A stretch of DNA of 64,000 nt, taken from positions 167,769-231,768 of the forward strand of contig JAHDYR010000020.1 of NCBI GenBank assembly GCA_019828565.1, written 5' to 3'. Under the pieces are notes generated by a model. The model searched no databases. It was not told where the DNA came from and worked only from the letters and a program-made list of their open reading frames with translations. The translations under genes and the position numbers were made by a program. Shown here piece by piece: positions 1 to 9,689 of this stretch. The stretch is from Carpediemonas membranifera BICM. Taxonomy: Eukaryota > Protista > Fornicata. Position 1 is the stretch's first letter. Each line of letters starts with the position of its first letter.

Positions 1-516
1 TCTGGGGCGGTGGTTGTTCTCGTCCGAGATGAACTGTGCTTCCGAACCGCGACAGATGATACCGGCGAGCGCCTTGAACTTTGTGGCGAGGAAGTCGTAG
101 TTGTGCAGCAGCTTATTCATCTCAGTGGTAATGTAGGCGAGGGCCATGCGACGGATGTTGCCGCGGCCCTGGAAGTCGTAGATCTGGAAGTGGTAGTAGA
201 AGACGTAGTGGCCGCTGGGAAGGGACTGCACCATCATATAGTCCGGGTCCAGGGCGTCCTTGTACGTCTTGCCCTTGTATGGGAACTCCCGCGGCGCACC
301 ACAGTCTACGTTGATGTTGGACATGCCAAGGCACATAGCTTGGATGTTGATCGACAGTTCGATCTCGCTGGAGGGGATCTGGAAGCTGGAGACTGAAAGC
401 GGGCCTTGTCTCTCATCAAACGTCGTAAGCACGATGATGTCCTCGTTATCGCGGATAGGACGATCACAGAAGTCGTCTGAGCTGTTTTTGACGGCAGGGC
501 TTCCATCCACTGCCAT
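1..516 (-). CDS. Folliculin/SMCR8-family longin (uDENN) domain protein, 5' part (runs off window start)
   Basis: Own translation from ATG 516: MAVDGSPAVK...IIVLTTFDERQGP...YVFYYHFQIYDFQGRGNIRRMALAYITTEMNKLL. Matches the FLCN/SMCR8 F-x-E-x-x-GP and D-x-x-x-RG-x-x-R motifs. Absent from the ORF track because the stop lies outside the window. Confidence 0.75.
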   Translation of the reverse strand, partial: MAVDGSPAVKNSSDDFCDRPIRDNEDIIVLTTFDERQGPLSVSSFQIPSSEIELSINIQAMCLGMSNINVDCGAPREFPYKGKTYKDALDPDYMMVQSLPSGHYVFYYHFQIYDFQGRGNIRRMALAYITTEMNKLLHNYDFLATKFKALAGIICRGSEAQFISDENNHRPR

Positions 517-547
517 CGGGTGTTCGTCTTTAGTCGACTTCGAGCTC

Positions 548-557
548 TAAACTGCAC
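548..557 (+). promoter_or_regulatory. TAAACTGCAC candidate core-promoter motif (representative copy)
   Basis: About 32 nt upstream of ATG 516. The same motif recurs near many ATGs (see findings). Confidence 0.55.
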
Positions 558-761
558 CAATCAGGGAGAATGCAAGGTGCACCCGGGCGCCTACGGAGAC
601 TGTTGGTGCCACTCTAACATCCTTTTAGTCATCGCCCAACCGAAGTTTGGCCCAATCCCGTGGGTGACAGGTTTATTACACACTGGACCCCAGAGTCTGC
701 GGCGTCCGACCAGCCTCAGTCTGAATAGTTCTACTCGTACATCTACCCAACTCGATCCTAA

Positions 762-1877
762 TCAATCAAATCTGATCGGAGCCACCATCCCGCTGCCGAG
801 GAGGCCGTGTGATGACAGATAACTGTCGAACGCCCGGGCCAGCAGGCTACAGAACTCAGCAGTGCCGCTACCCTGCCGAACGTCGCCAAAGATAGCGAGC
901 ACAAGGCTCTCACTCATCGGCGGCTGGACGAAACCGGGCTGCCGCAGAATGTCGGCGAGGGACTGCAGGGCGGCGCTCGAAAGGAGGCCCGTCGAGTGCA
1001 GCGCGACGTTGGCACAGAATGAGATGAATTCGCTCATGTAGTTGGGGATCCGTCCGAGGGCCCCGCACATGGCCCCCTCGACGGCGGCCCGGATGATGAT
1101 CGCAGTCGCGGCGTCAGGGAGTGTGCCAGTCTGGTACGACCGGAGGATGAGGAACACATCCCCGTAAATTGCCACTAAATCCTCAATTTCCCCGCTGGCG
1201 AGGCTGTCTCCAAGAGACAGGATGGCGTCAGACACTGCCCCGGCGACCACGTTGATCAGCGTCGCTCTCTCGGGACCCTCCTCGGCGGACGGGATGACCG
1301 ACAGGATTGCCCGGAGGAGGCCGATGTGGGGCTCGCCGACAGTGCGGACGGTCGCGACGGAGACGAGGATGTCCTTGGATGACACGGCAGTCACCAGCAA
1401 AGGGAGGAACGTGCCGCGGTGCTTGAGCTGGTTGCGTAAGACGAGCGTGAGATTCGACAACAGGATTTCGATTTGTTGGTGATATAGAGTAGAGTCGGGT
1501 GGGAGCAACAGGGCCAGGCGGGAAAGAAGGCCTGCACTGTATGCTGTGATGAATGTGTCCCGGCGACTGAGGAGGCTAGTGGCGTCGTTGACCATCCGCT
1601 CGATGTCAAACGCCTGGAGTGAAGAAAGATACGGAAGGTCGCAGCATCCCGCGATGAAGAGGGCGCGGACAAGAAGAGATTGGGAAGAAATGCGACCAGA
1701 GTTGAATGCTGTGGCAACATAATCAGCGATACGGCTAACATCAGTGATCTTTTCCTCTTCGAGTCTGTTTTGCATGAAACGGATTGTTTTCAGGCAGCGT
1801 ACAGAGCTAGGCTCCCTCTCAATACCTGCAAGGAACGATGATATGTCCTTATATAGCCTTTGCTGCTCCTCTGCCAT
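762..1877 (-). CDS. Hypothetical 371-aa helical (HEAT/ARM-like) protein
   Basis: Long Leu/Ala-rich ORF with ATG start; GTGCAGTTTA motif at 1906-1915. Confidence 0.65.
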   Translation of the reverse strand: MAEEQQRLYKDISSFLAGIEREPSSVRCLKTIRFMQNRLEEEKITDVSRIADYVATAFNSGRISSQSLLVRALFIAGCCDLPYLSSLQAFDIERMVNDATSLLSRRDTFITAYSAGLLSRLALLLPPDSTLYHQQIEILLSNLTLVLRNQLKHRGTFLPLLVTAVSSKDILVSVATVRTVGEPHIGLLRAILSVIPSAEEGPERATLINVVAGAVSDAILSLGDSLASGEIEDLVAIYGDVFLILRSYQTGTLPDAATAIIIRAAVEGAMCGALGRIPNYMSEFISFCANVALHSTGLLSSAALQSLADILRQPGFVQPPMSESLVLAIFGDVRQGSGTAEFCSLLARAFDSYLSSHGLLGSGMVAPIRFD

Positions 1878-1984
1878 GATTTAGTCAGGCCGAAATTTCT
1901 TCAAAGTGCAGTTTAAGGACAGGTGGGTGTGGTATTTAGAGGTTTATGTGGAGGATTCATGTAAAGGTGACTTAAGCTGCTTTA

Positions 1985-2014
1985 GACTCAACAATTCTAA
2001 TCCTGCGCAGCACA
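1985..2014 (+). repeat. 30-bp direct repeat DR1 (left copy) bracketing the Fanzor N-terminal fragment
   Basis: gactcaacaattctaatcctgcgcagcaca, identical at 3810-3839. Confidence 0.95.
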
Positions 2015-2389
2015 CTACCTCCACTCACCCACTTCAGCCCTCGTCTGTACAATCGGGCTTTCGTGCTTTCAGTCGTCGGTCTGCACGAAAAGATGCGTCG
2101 TCCATCGTCTGTGTCGAATGCTGCTGTCTTCTTTCGCGTCTGTGCTCGTCTGTTACGCGCTCATCTGTCGTCCATTGCCGGCGTCTGAAGCTCATGACGT
2201 CGTCGTCTTCGTCGTCTTCGTCTGTTGTGAGAGACACTAGTGGTGGAAAGCGGTTGTAGCTAGTAGTAAAGACGCTTTGTGCTGTATGATGCTGGTTTCT
2301 TGTGTTTTGAGGGATGCTGCTAGCTGATGAACCCTGAAAAGAAATGATCGATGCAGGCAGCTCAATAGACTCCAATACCTTCCAAGATA

Positions 2390-3809
2390 TACACGGTGAA
2401 GGCTTCCGTTAACAAGGCCATTGGCGAGATTAACGGCGGAGGCGATAACAACGCGCCGCGGCGAGGAAATCTTGAACCCGGCATGCGTTCTTTCACGCAG
2501 GCTAAGTACACATTCACTTGCCTGCTTGCGTGCGTCTCTGCATCTGCGCACGCGTTGACCCACCGAGGACGGTCAACCTGTTCGACCAGGAGGTCCTCAA
2601 GCAGATCGTCAGCATTGCTCAGCAAAAGGTGTCGAAGGCAAAGGCAGCGGATCGGTGCAGGTGGATTGGCGACCTGGAGATGTGGAGGGACCCTGACATA
2701 ACCCCACTCGTCCGGGACTTCAGGGAAGTCTACGTTGGAATTGCAGCGCCATTTCAGAGCTGGTTGGGCGAGTACTCCACAGCCACCCGGGTCTGGCTCT
2801 CGCGCGCGTCACCCGGGTACCTGACCCGTCTTCGTGCTGGATTAGAACGGGTGCGTCCGCTCCTCCATGATCGGCCGGGTGTTCGACAGGATTTTCTCGA
2901 CACCCAAGGCGAGCTCGACACTGAGGTTGCCGCCATAGCCGCCGATCATGGCATGCATCATCGTCAAATGCATGCATCGCCCGAGGGGCAACGGGTGGGT
3001 CGCACTGGTACCGTGGCCGAGGCCCTTGTCGGCGTGCTGTCGTGCGTCACGCGCATGAGTGCTGCAGTGACCAAGCTGGTCACACTCACTCGTGCCGTGA
3101 ACCTCGAGCTCAGTCAGGCCCTGCCAGAGCCGAAGCTCGTTCCGTTCGTGCCGATGGCGCCGGTCAGGCCTGGGTTCATGACCATCGAGCGCGGAGTAAC
3201 AGCGCTCACCCCAGCGATGAAGAGGCGCCTCCGTGTCTATCGGGATTGGTCAGCGAAGAGTAACTTGACCGACGAGCAGGTTGATAGATACGAGCGTGAT
3301 CACGGCGACATCACCAAGCTCCGCAGAGTGCTCTCTGTGAAGACTGACGGGGTCTCTGCTGCTGTGACGGTTTGGGTGGGTCGCGAGAAATACCGTGGCG
3401 GTCGGGTGGCTGACCGGCCCACGTACAAAGGTAGCAGCAACAAGCGGGCTCGGCTCGGTCAGGATGACGCCGAGGCTACTCCTGCCCCGGACATTCAAGC
3501 TCTCATGGGCTTCGACCCTGGTGCTCGGTCGCTGGGCGGCTACACGATCCGCCGCCCAGACGGGCAGAGTGTATCTGGCGTACTCGCTAAGTGTGGCTAC
3601 ACTGCCACCCCCTCTTTCCGCGTGAATATGAGCGCAGCATCGTTCAAAACGACAAGTCTAGAGGCTCTCAAACAGTCGATTAGGTTTGTCCATGAGAACA
3701 TCGTTCAGATCATCAACGAGGGGACGAGAAAAGTGTTTCCGCCGTGCGACTTTTGCCAATCACCGTCTGCGCCTGAAGCACTTCGCCCGGGCTGGACGTC
3801 ATTGTTTTG
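2390..3809 (+). pseudogene. Fanzor (TnpB-like RNA-guided nuclease) N-terminal part, frameshifted and 3'-truncated
   Basis: YTVKASVNKAI N-terminal strand; frameshift near 2530; KTDGVS motif (3343-3348); RuvC-I MGFDPG (Asp 3514-3516); frameshift near 3737 into a bridge-helix-like FRRATFANHRLRLKHFAR; stops at DR1. Confidence 0.72.
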
Positions 3810-3839
3810 GACTCAACAATTCTAATCCTGCGCAGCACA
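3810..3839 (+). repeat. 30-bp direct repeat DR1 (right copy)
   Basis: Identical to 1985-2014; its last 3 nt overlap the Gypsy TSD. Confidence 0.95.
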
Positions 3840-3841
3840 GT

Positions 3842-3892
3842 TGTCGCCACAATGGACTGATGTGAACAGGGTGCAGTTTATCTCACACTACA
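3842..3892 (-). repeat. 3' LTR (51 bp)
   Basis: tgtcgccacaatggactgatgtgaacagggtgcagtttatctcacactaca, identical to 8472-8522. Confidence 0.95.
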
Positions 3893-3908
3893 TTCCCCTC
3901 CAGAGGAA

Positions 3909-6900
3909 CTAGTCCAGTCTGTTGGCACGTCTGTGACCGGACTGAGGCTTGGCCTCGAAAGCCTTGATCGCACGGTCAAGGTCAGGGTGAGATGAACGAT
4001 AGTGGGTGAGAGCGGAGAGCGTCTTGATCTCAGTGTAACGCCGCTCGCTGTCTTCATCTGATTCATGCCCAAGCCAGTGAACAGTCAGAACTGGCTCGAG
4101 AGTGTCGGCTTCAAGACGCCAACCAACGATAGAGTCTACGACACCCCAGACAGTGTCGGACATGAACGCAACCTTGGCCTCTCCAACAGAGGGCTTACGA
4201 GGGAGCTTTGCGAGTCTGTTCGCATGACGCTTGATGATGACCTTGGTCACAGGATTCATCAGGCTGTAGGTATCAGGACCGTCAGCGGCTCCTGTCACCA
4301 GATAAGGTCCGCGCAAGTGGAACTCAAGACGAGGTACAGGCTGGTCACGCTTAACCAGGACCCAATCGCCGATATTGAGCTGCTTCGAACCGAATCGAGG
4401 GAAATGCTCATCCTTCCACCTCCTCCGGTGAAGCTGAGCTGCCTGTAGCTTGGCAATAACGCTCTTAGCGCGCTCCTGCGTCTCGGCAGTGATATGCGAT
4501 CTGTCAGGAGTGATAGGTTCGCCGTTCTTAACAGCGTGATGGACAAGTGCAGCCGAAAGAGCAACCTCTCTAGGCGTAGCGCCTCCCAGTGACACACTGG
4601 GGGTAGCATTGATGTTAATCTCCGCTTGGGACATAGCATTGCGCCATTGGTGGCGCGGACAATCAGATAACGTTCCAATAGCGACCCTAAGGTGCTTGTT
4701 GGCCTCCCGGTTAAATCTCTCAACGAGGCCATTTGCCTCGTGCCTTTCAGGCGTAGTTACGCGATGGTAAATGCCGAAGGTAGCGCAGAAGGTCTTAAAG
4801 TCATGGTTGCAAAACTGAGTACCACTGTCAGTTACAATCTGGTCGGGGCACGCCCAACGCGCGATGATGATCGACCGGATTGCCATAATAGTCTCGCGAG
4901 CCTCAGTGCTCTTAAGAGGGATAAGGTGGGTGAGGTGGGAACCTCCGTCAACGCATGTCATGATATACCGGTAGCCCGAGTCCTCAGGAGTTATAGGTCC
5001 GATAGTATCCACGTGGAGCGTGGCCAACGGCCTGTCAGCTGGCAGCTGGCGCTCGATGTACATGACATTTGGTTGAGCACGGTGTGAGCGCTGACATGTC
5101 ACACACCGTTCTACATAAGACTCCACGTCCTTTCGAGCCCCAGTCCAACTGAGTCCGGCAACCTCCAAGAGGTGTAGGGTGGTGTCTACTCCGGCATGAT
5201 GCCTGCTGTGCACAGACTGGAAGCGAGATTGCTTGATGTCGTCAGTCAGAACAGCGTTCTCCCCAATATACATGATGGGAAGCCTTGACAGGCTGTCAGC
5301 AGCCGTGTTGTCGCGCCCAGGGATATGCACGACTTCATAGATGGGGAAGCGGGCCATCTCTAAGGCCCAACGAGTGACCTTGGGCGTCGAGGATGCAACC
5401 ATCGACACAAGGCATGAGTTGTCAGTGTGGAGTGATATGGGCGTACCAATAAGCATAGGACGGAAGCGCTCCAGAGCAGCGAACACAGCCCACTGCTCTT
5501 TCTCGACAGTCTTCCAGACACACTGCTGTTTGTCAAAGCGGCGTGAAAAGAATGCCAAAGGGTGGCCATCCTGCACCAGGACGGCACCAACGCCCACGTT
5601 GCTCGCGTCAGTATAGAGATCGAGTGGCTTGTTGGGATTGAAATGATAGAGTGTGACCGCCTCACTTGCAGCCTCTCTCAAACACTCAAGGGAGTGGCGT
5701 CTCTGCTCAACTGAAATCGTCTCCCCGGCCTTAAACCTCTCGAGAGGGTCTGCCTTTCCGATGTAGTCCGGTATAAATCTTCTGATAAAGCCAAAAACCC
5801 CGAGCACATGTTGTGCTTCGGACTTGTTCAGAGGGACACGGATATTAGTCAATGAGTCGAGTCTGGATGGGTGGATCGAGACCCCCGTTCCAGACACAAC
5901 CGAACCCAGATAATCAATTTGGGTTAAGCCAATGTGAGACTTGGGCCCCGACAGCCGGATTCGATGATCACAGCAGACGTCAAACAGCTCCTCAACCACA
6001 GAAAGGAGGTCTGCAGCCGAGCCTGCGTAGCAGAGTACGTCATCAACAAAGATCAGGCACTTAAGCTTGTACTTGCGACGCAGACCATCAAGTCTGGACT
6101 GAAAGATCATAGGCCCATTCATGAGGCCAAAGGGCAGACGACGGAAGACATATCTCTCGCCACGATGTTCAAAGCCTGTCGCCATAGAGGCCTGCTCGGT
6201 CAGATTGAGCTGATGGAAACCCGAGCGGAGGTCGAAGCAGGCAAACACCTCGGAGCCTCGACATGCCTCGTAAAGCTCTTCCACAGTTGGCATAGGATGT
6301 TCCTCGACCTCAGTAGCCGCGTTAACATGGCGGTAGTCGAGAATGGGTCTGAACGGTGGGTTCGCGGAGGGCTTACCAACCATAAACACGGGGGAGAGCC
6401 ATTTCAGGTCAGCAGTTGTGCTCTCGATGGTCCCGTTATCAAGCATAGACTCAATAAAGGTATCCATGGCCTCGAGGTGGGCCTTGTTCCGGATAGGTCT
6501 CATGATCTGGGAGGGGACGATGCCATCCTTCCAGATAATGTCAAACTCTGCCAAATCAGCTCCCGATGGGTGCAACGGACCAAAGAGCTCACTATGCTTC
6601 TCGCACAGTGCATGGAACTTAGGTGCAAGATCACCGAGGTTCGAATCATGGATAGTAGGAAGAGTGTAGCCGCCGACATATAGGTTAGCTAACTCAACAA
6701 AGTCGTTGACCGGATCTGTCGAAGGAGTCTTATCCTCCTCCGGCTCTGGCTTATTAACGCCAAAGGACAGTCCTACTGCACGCATGGCAGTCTTACCCAG
6801 GATGAGTGCCGTGGGTAGGTCAGGGATAATAACAGCATCAAGCTGTCGGCCACGCACCGGGAAACAACCGGGCATGGAGACAATAGGGCTCAGCGTCGTA

Positions 6901-8447
6901 GTACCAACATAGCAGCCACACTGGCCATTCCAGCTGTTGACGTGGCCCTCGGCCGGTGTAACTGTTAGACCCAGGCGTTCAGCCGCCTCAGGCCTCATCA
7001 TAACGGCAAACTGCTTGGCACAAGAGTCGGCCTCTGCAACAACCACAGGACCGCCGTGACGTGTGCTAACCTCGACGAGGAAGTCATCGTAGGTTTCAGG
7101 CAGCTCAGTCATCATGGGTTCAACATAGATACCCGAGTGCTCAGCCTTCGGGATAAAACCATTGTAAGAGTTCTTGTTGCGTGTCGAGCGCCCTTCAGTC
7201 TTGACTCGGTCAGCGATGGACTCCAGAGTCACATTGTGCGCCTTCATAGCAGCTAAAGCAGTCTTACAAGGCTGCTTGTCGAGATCCTGAGCTCTCCGGA
7301 CATGGTTCATGAGCTTGGGGATGGTAAGGACCTTAGTAATGTCGGCTTGCTGCTTTGCATTCGCAGCCTGTAGGACGTGGCAGTCACTGCTACCGTGGTC
7401 GTCGACGAGGTGGAAGCAACAGAATTTCCCACCGGAGTTCTTCGGGCCTGCGGTCATCGCCCTCGGAGCGATGTCTCCCTTAACAGTACGGGAGAAGGGC
7501 TTGGACTGAGTGGAGATGGGGGTCACAGCCTCCATGACTCCATCAACTCTACGTAGAAAGTCGCGAAGCTCAGTGGACTTCTTGAGAGCCTCGCTAATCA
7601 AGGTGTCAACAGTCACAGTATGATCGAGTATGCGCCGAGAGTACCCCGTGCCAAAGAGGTAGTTGAGGGTGACGTCATTCGGGGCACGCACTCCTTCGAT
7701 GAGGAGCCTCTTAATCTCACTTCTTAGACCATGGTCATCGGAGCACTGAAGCGAATCCAGGGTCTGGCGGAAGGCCAATAGGAATGTGATGGTGGACTCG
7801 AGCGATTCGAGCCTTGTTCCGTGATTGACCTGCGACACAGCCGCCAAGATAGCTAGAGCATCAGAATCCGTCATCTTAAGTTCCTGACGCAAGTAGTCAA
7901 GGTAATTGTCGGCCTGCTTACCGAGGGCTTCGGTCTTGGATAGGGCCGTCTCCTTAGGGAGAGCGAGCGAGTGCTCTATGGTCTCCTCCATCGTCGTCAA
8001 ATAGTTAGCTCTTGCCTTCGAGAGCTTGTCTTCACGCTTAGCCTTAGCATCAGGCGTCTCCTCATCGGGAACAATCTGAAGAGTAGTAATATACTCCTTA
8101 AGCATGGTTACTGTTCGAGAGAGCTTCGTGAAACGGTCAGATGAACCGTTATACATCTTCGATGAGAGGTATGGCTCTATCTCTTGGGCCAAATACGACA
8201 CGAGTTCAGTAGCAGAGGTGAACTTTCGTGTTGATGAAGAGTAGGAATTGGGCAGAACCTTCAGCTCCGCCGTGGGGTCATGAATGGTGGCTAAGAAAGC
8301 CAATGCGGGTGCGTTCGATAGAACCTTCCCAAGTGTCAGCACGTTCTTGTTATCACTGAGATTGTGATTTTTCAGTAGGAGGATCCAGTGATTCCATGCA
8401 GCATAATCCCGTTTGTTAGGGGGATCCTTCAAAGCTGATATGTCCAT
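3909..8447 (-). CDS. Gag-Pol polyprotein (Gag, protease, RT, RNase H, integrase, chromodomain)
   Basis: Cys/His knuckle CCFHLVDDHGSSDC; protease EADSCA; RT DLRSGFHQ, LPFGL, FVDD; RNase H TDAS; integrase HHCC, D-D-E and GPY; C-terminal chromodomain-like WGVVDSIVGWR...VHWLGH. First ATG at 8447; the ORF track's GTG start lies inside the LTR. Confidence 0.95.
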   Translation of the reverse strand: MDISALKDPPNKRDYAAWNHWILLLKNHNLSDNKNVLTLGKVLSNAPALAFLATIHDPTAELKVLPNSYSSSTRKFTSATELVSYLAQEIEPYLSSKMYNGSSDRFTKLSRTVTMLKEYITTLQIVPDEETPDAKAKREDKLSKARANYLTTMEETIEHSLALPKETALSKTEALGKQADNYLDYLRQELKMTDSDALAILAAVSQVNHGTRLESLESTITFLLAFRQTLDSLQCSDDHGLRSEIKRLLIEGVRAPNDVTLNYLFGTGYSRRILDHTVTVDTLISEALKKSTELRDFLRRVDGVMEAVTPISTQSKPFSRTVKGDIAPRAMTAGPKNSGGKFCCFHLVDDHGSSDCHVLQAANAKQQADITKVLTIPKLMNHVRRAQDLDKQPCKTALAAMKAHNVTLESIADRVKTEGRSTRNKNSYNGFIPKAEHSGIYVEPMMTELPETYDDFLVEVSTRHGGPVVVAEADSCAKQFAVMMRPEAAERLGLTVTPAEGHVNSWNGQCGCYVGTTTLSPIVSMPGCFPVRGRQLDAVIIPDLPTALILGKTAMRAVGLSFGVNKPEPEEDKTPSTDPVNDFVELANLYVGGYTLPTIHDSNLGDLAPKFHALCEKHSELFGPLHPSGADLAEFDIIWKDGIVPSQIMRPIRNKAHLEAMDTFIESMLDNGTIESTTADLKWLSPVFMVGKPSANPPFRPILDYRHVNAATEVEEHPMPTVEELYEACRGSEVFACFDLRSGFHQLNLTEQASMATGFEHRGERYVFRRLPFGLMNGPMIFQSRLDGLRRKYKLKCLIFVDDVLCYAGSAADLLSVVEELFDVCCDHRIRLSGPKSHIGLTQIDYLGSVVSGTGVSIHPSRLDSLTNIRVPLNKSEAQHVLGVFGFIRRFIPDYIGKADPLERFKAGETISVEQRRHSLECLREAASEAVTLYHFNPNKPLDLYTDASNVGVGAVLVQDGHPLAFFSRRFDKQQCVWKTVEKEQWAVFAALERFRPMLIGTPISLHTDNSCLVSMVASSTPKVTRWALEMARFPIYEVVHIPGRDNTAADSLSRLPIMYIGENAVLTDDIKQSRFQSVHSRHHAGVDTTLHLLEVAGLSWTGARKDVESYVERCVTCQRSHRAQPNVMYIERQLPADRPLATLHVDTIGPITPEDSGYRYIMTCVDGGSHLTHLIPLKSTEARETIMAIRSIIIARWACPDQIVTDSGTQFCNHDFKTFCATFGIYHRVTTPERHEANGLVERFNREANKHLRVAIGTLSDCPRHQWRNAMSQAEININATPSVSLGGATPREVALSAALVHHAVKNGEPITPDRSHITAETQERAKSVIAKLQAAQLHRRRWKDEHFPRFGSKQLNIGDWVLVKRDQPVPRLEFHLRGPYLVTGAADGPDTYSLMNPVTKVIIKRHANRLAKLPRKPSVGEAKVAFMSDTVWGVVDSIVGWRLEADTLEPVLTVHWLGHESDEDSERRYTEIKTLSALTHYRSSHPDLDRAIKAFEAKPQSGHRRANRLD

Positions 8448-8471
8448 GTTCTTAATAGCAGTAGAAGCTTC

Positions 8472-8522
8472 TGTCGCCACAATGGACTGATGTGAACAGG
8501 GTGCAGTTTATCTCACACTACA
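8472..8522 (-). repeat. 5' LTR (51 bp)
   Basis: Identical to 3842-3892; contains TAAACTGCAC in element sense. Confidence 0.95.
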
Positions 8523-8525
8523 ACA

Positions 8526-8606
8526 GTGGGGACTGCTTCGGCGGCCATCTAACCAGGCAACAAGTCACCTCATGCCGCGCGGGGTGCGGTTTTGCTACTG
8601 TTTACG
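8526..8606 (+). repeat. 81-bp dispersed copy of 50110-50190
   Basis: Direct match with about 4 mismatches to the sequence spanning ATG 50132 of the RGS ORF. Confidence 0.9.
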
Positions 8607-8743
8607 AGGGGTTGTATGTAAAAAGTTGAAGGAGCCACATGCTGAACGAGCTGACTGTGCCTAGCGGCATAGCAACTCTACCGCACAGTCATAACATATA
8701 ATTTACCGTTGCGGAAATGCCATGACCTCGCCGCTCACCCCGT

Positions 8744-9523
8744 TCATCCCTGGAGGTGGCTGATGGCAGCATTCGGGGCATCAGCGAGACACCTCTCGAT
8801 CGACCCCGGCTCACTGCACCCGACACAAATCAGGCCCCGCCTCTGCATCTCCACCACACACTTGTAATGGTATAGCTTCCCGCAGTCACAGGTGGCGAAG
8901 ATGGATACCGGCTTGTCGCAGAAAGTGCACACTGGGTCATGGGGAGTTGCCAGCTCTGCCAGGGCTCTCGGGCCGAGGATCAGGCGGAAGCTGTTGGGAT
9001 CCTGCCCCAGGTAGTGGTGCTGCTTGAGAGTCTTGATGACGGTGTCCATCACGGCCCTGGAGATCTTCGCAGATGTCCGCAGGTTGTTCAGCTGGGTCTC
9101 GGCGAGGGGGCCGTCCTTCTTGAGCCGAGCAATGAGAGAGGAGATGAAGACCCCGCGTTCTTTCTGGCCGATGCCGAGGACGTTGCTGAATATAATGGGA
9201 TCAACAGTGTTTGTGGAGGTCAGGACGACGTATGCGGCTTCGTCGAATGGATCATCGCTGCCTTGTAGCCAGTAGTAGTCTGGGAGTTCCTGCAGGACCA
9301 GTCGGTAGACGTTGGGCATTAGCTTGTTGACTTTGTCGATCATTTCGCGCACTAACTCTGTCTGACGCTCAACACCATCGACACCGGCTGAGTAATGGAG
9401 AAAAAGAAAGAACAAACGCGAGCATGTCTTTGAGAACATGTCCAGACGCATCACTGGATGCGCAAAGAACAACTTGAGCATTTGTGCCGGCGTCGGAACG
9501 GGTTCAGTTGGATCACGCGCCAT
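8744..9523 (-). CDS. NSE1: Smc5/6 complex subunit Nse1 (RING-type E3 ligase)
   Basis: LGPRALAEL winged-helix motif followed by a C-terminal RING CxxC...CxC..xHxxC...CxxC. Confidence 0.8.
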   Translation of the reverse strand: MARDPTEPVPTPAQMLKLFFAHPVMRLDMFSKTCSRLFFLFLHYSAGVDGVERQTELVREMIDKVNKLMPNVYRLVLQELPDYYWLQGSDDPFDEAAYVVLTSTNTVDPIIFSNVLGIGQKERGVFISSLIARLKKDGPLAETQLNNLRTSAKISRAVMDTVIKTLKQHHYLGQDPNSFRLILGPRALAELATPHDPVCTFCDKPVSIFATCDCGKLYHYKCVVEMQRRGLICVGCSEPGSIERCLADAPNAAISHLQG

Positions 9524-9542
9524 CCTCACTTATCGCCCGCTT

Positions 9543-9570
9543 TGTTGCGCAGTATAAACACATTGTTCGA
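9543..9570 (+). repeat. 28-bp direct repeat DR2 (copy at the Fanzor 3' end)
   Basis: tgttgcgcagtataaacacattgttcga, identical at 10341-10368; similarity extends about 8 more nt with 2 mismatches. Confidence 0.95.
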
Positions 9571-9680
9571 ACCTCCAAGACAGGGCCTGAAAGGAACGAT
9601 CAAAGTGCCAAACTGTACAATATCATCCGTCCGTAGACGAATGTTGGCGGTTAGCCAATTGATGATACTGGAATGAAGTT
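9571..9680 (-). ncRNA. Candidate Fanzor omegaRNA scaffold
   Basis: Downstream of RuvC-III on the Fanzor-sense strand: an outer stem TATCAT/ATGATA around TTGGC-taacc-GCCAA and (CAT)TCGTC-TACG-GACG(GATG), a cUNCGg tetraloop hairpin. Ends at DR2, where a guide would begin. Confidence 0.5.
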
Positions 9681-9689
9681 TGAAGACGT

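Larger units (their letters stand above)
3842..8522 (-). mobile_element. Full-length Ty3/Gypsy chromovirus LTR retrotransposon (4681 bp, 51-bp LTRs)
   Basis: Identical TG...CA 51-bp terminal repeats; 5-bp TSD ACAGT at 3837-3841 and 8523-8527; PPT GGAGGGGAA next to the 3' LTR; single gag-pol ORF. Confidence 0.95.

Noticed and set aside
8448-8480. GTG start of gag-pol given by the ORF track
   Set aside because: It lies inside the 5' LTR; the first ATG at 8447 is the more likely start.
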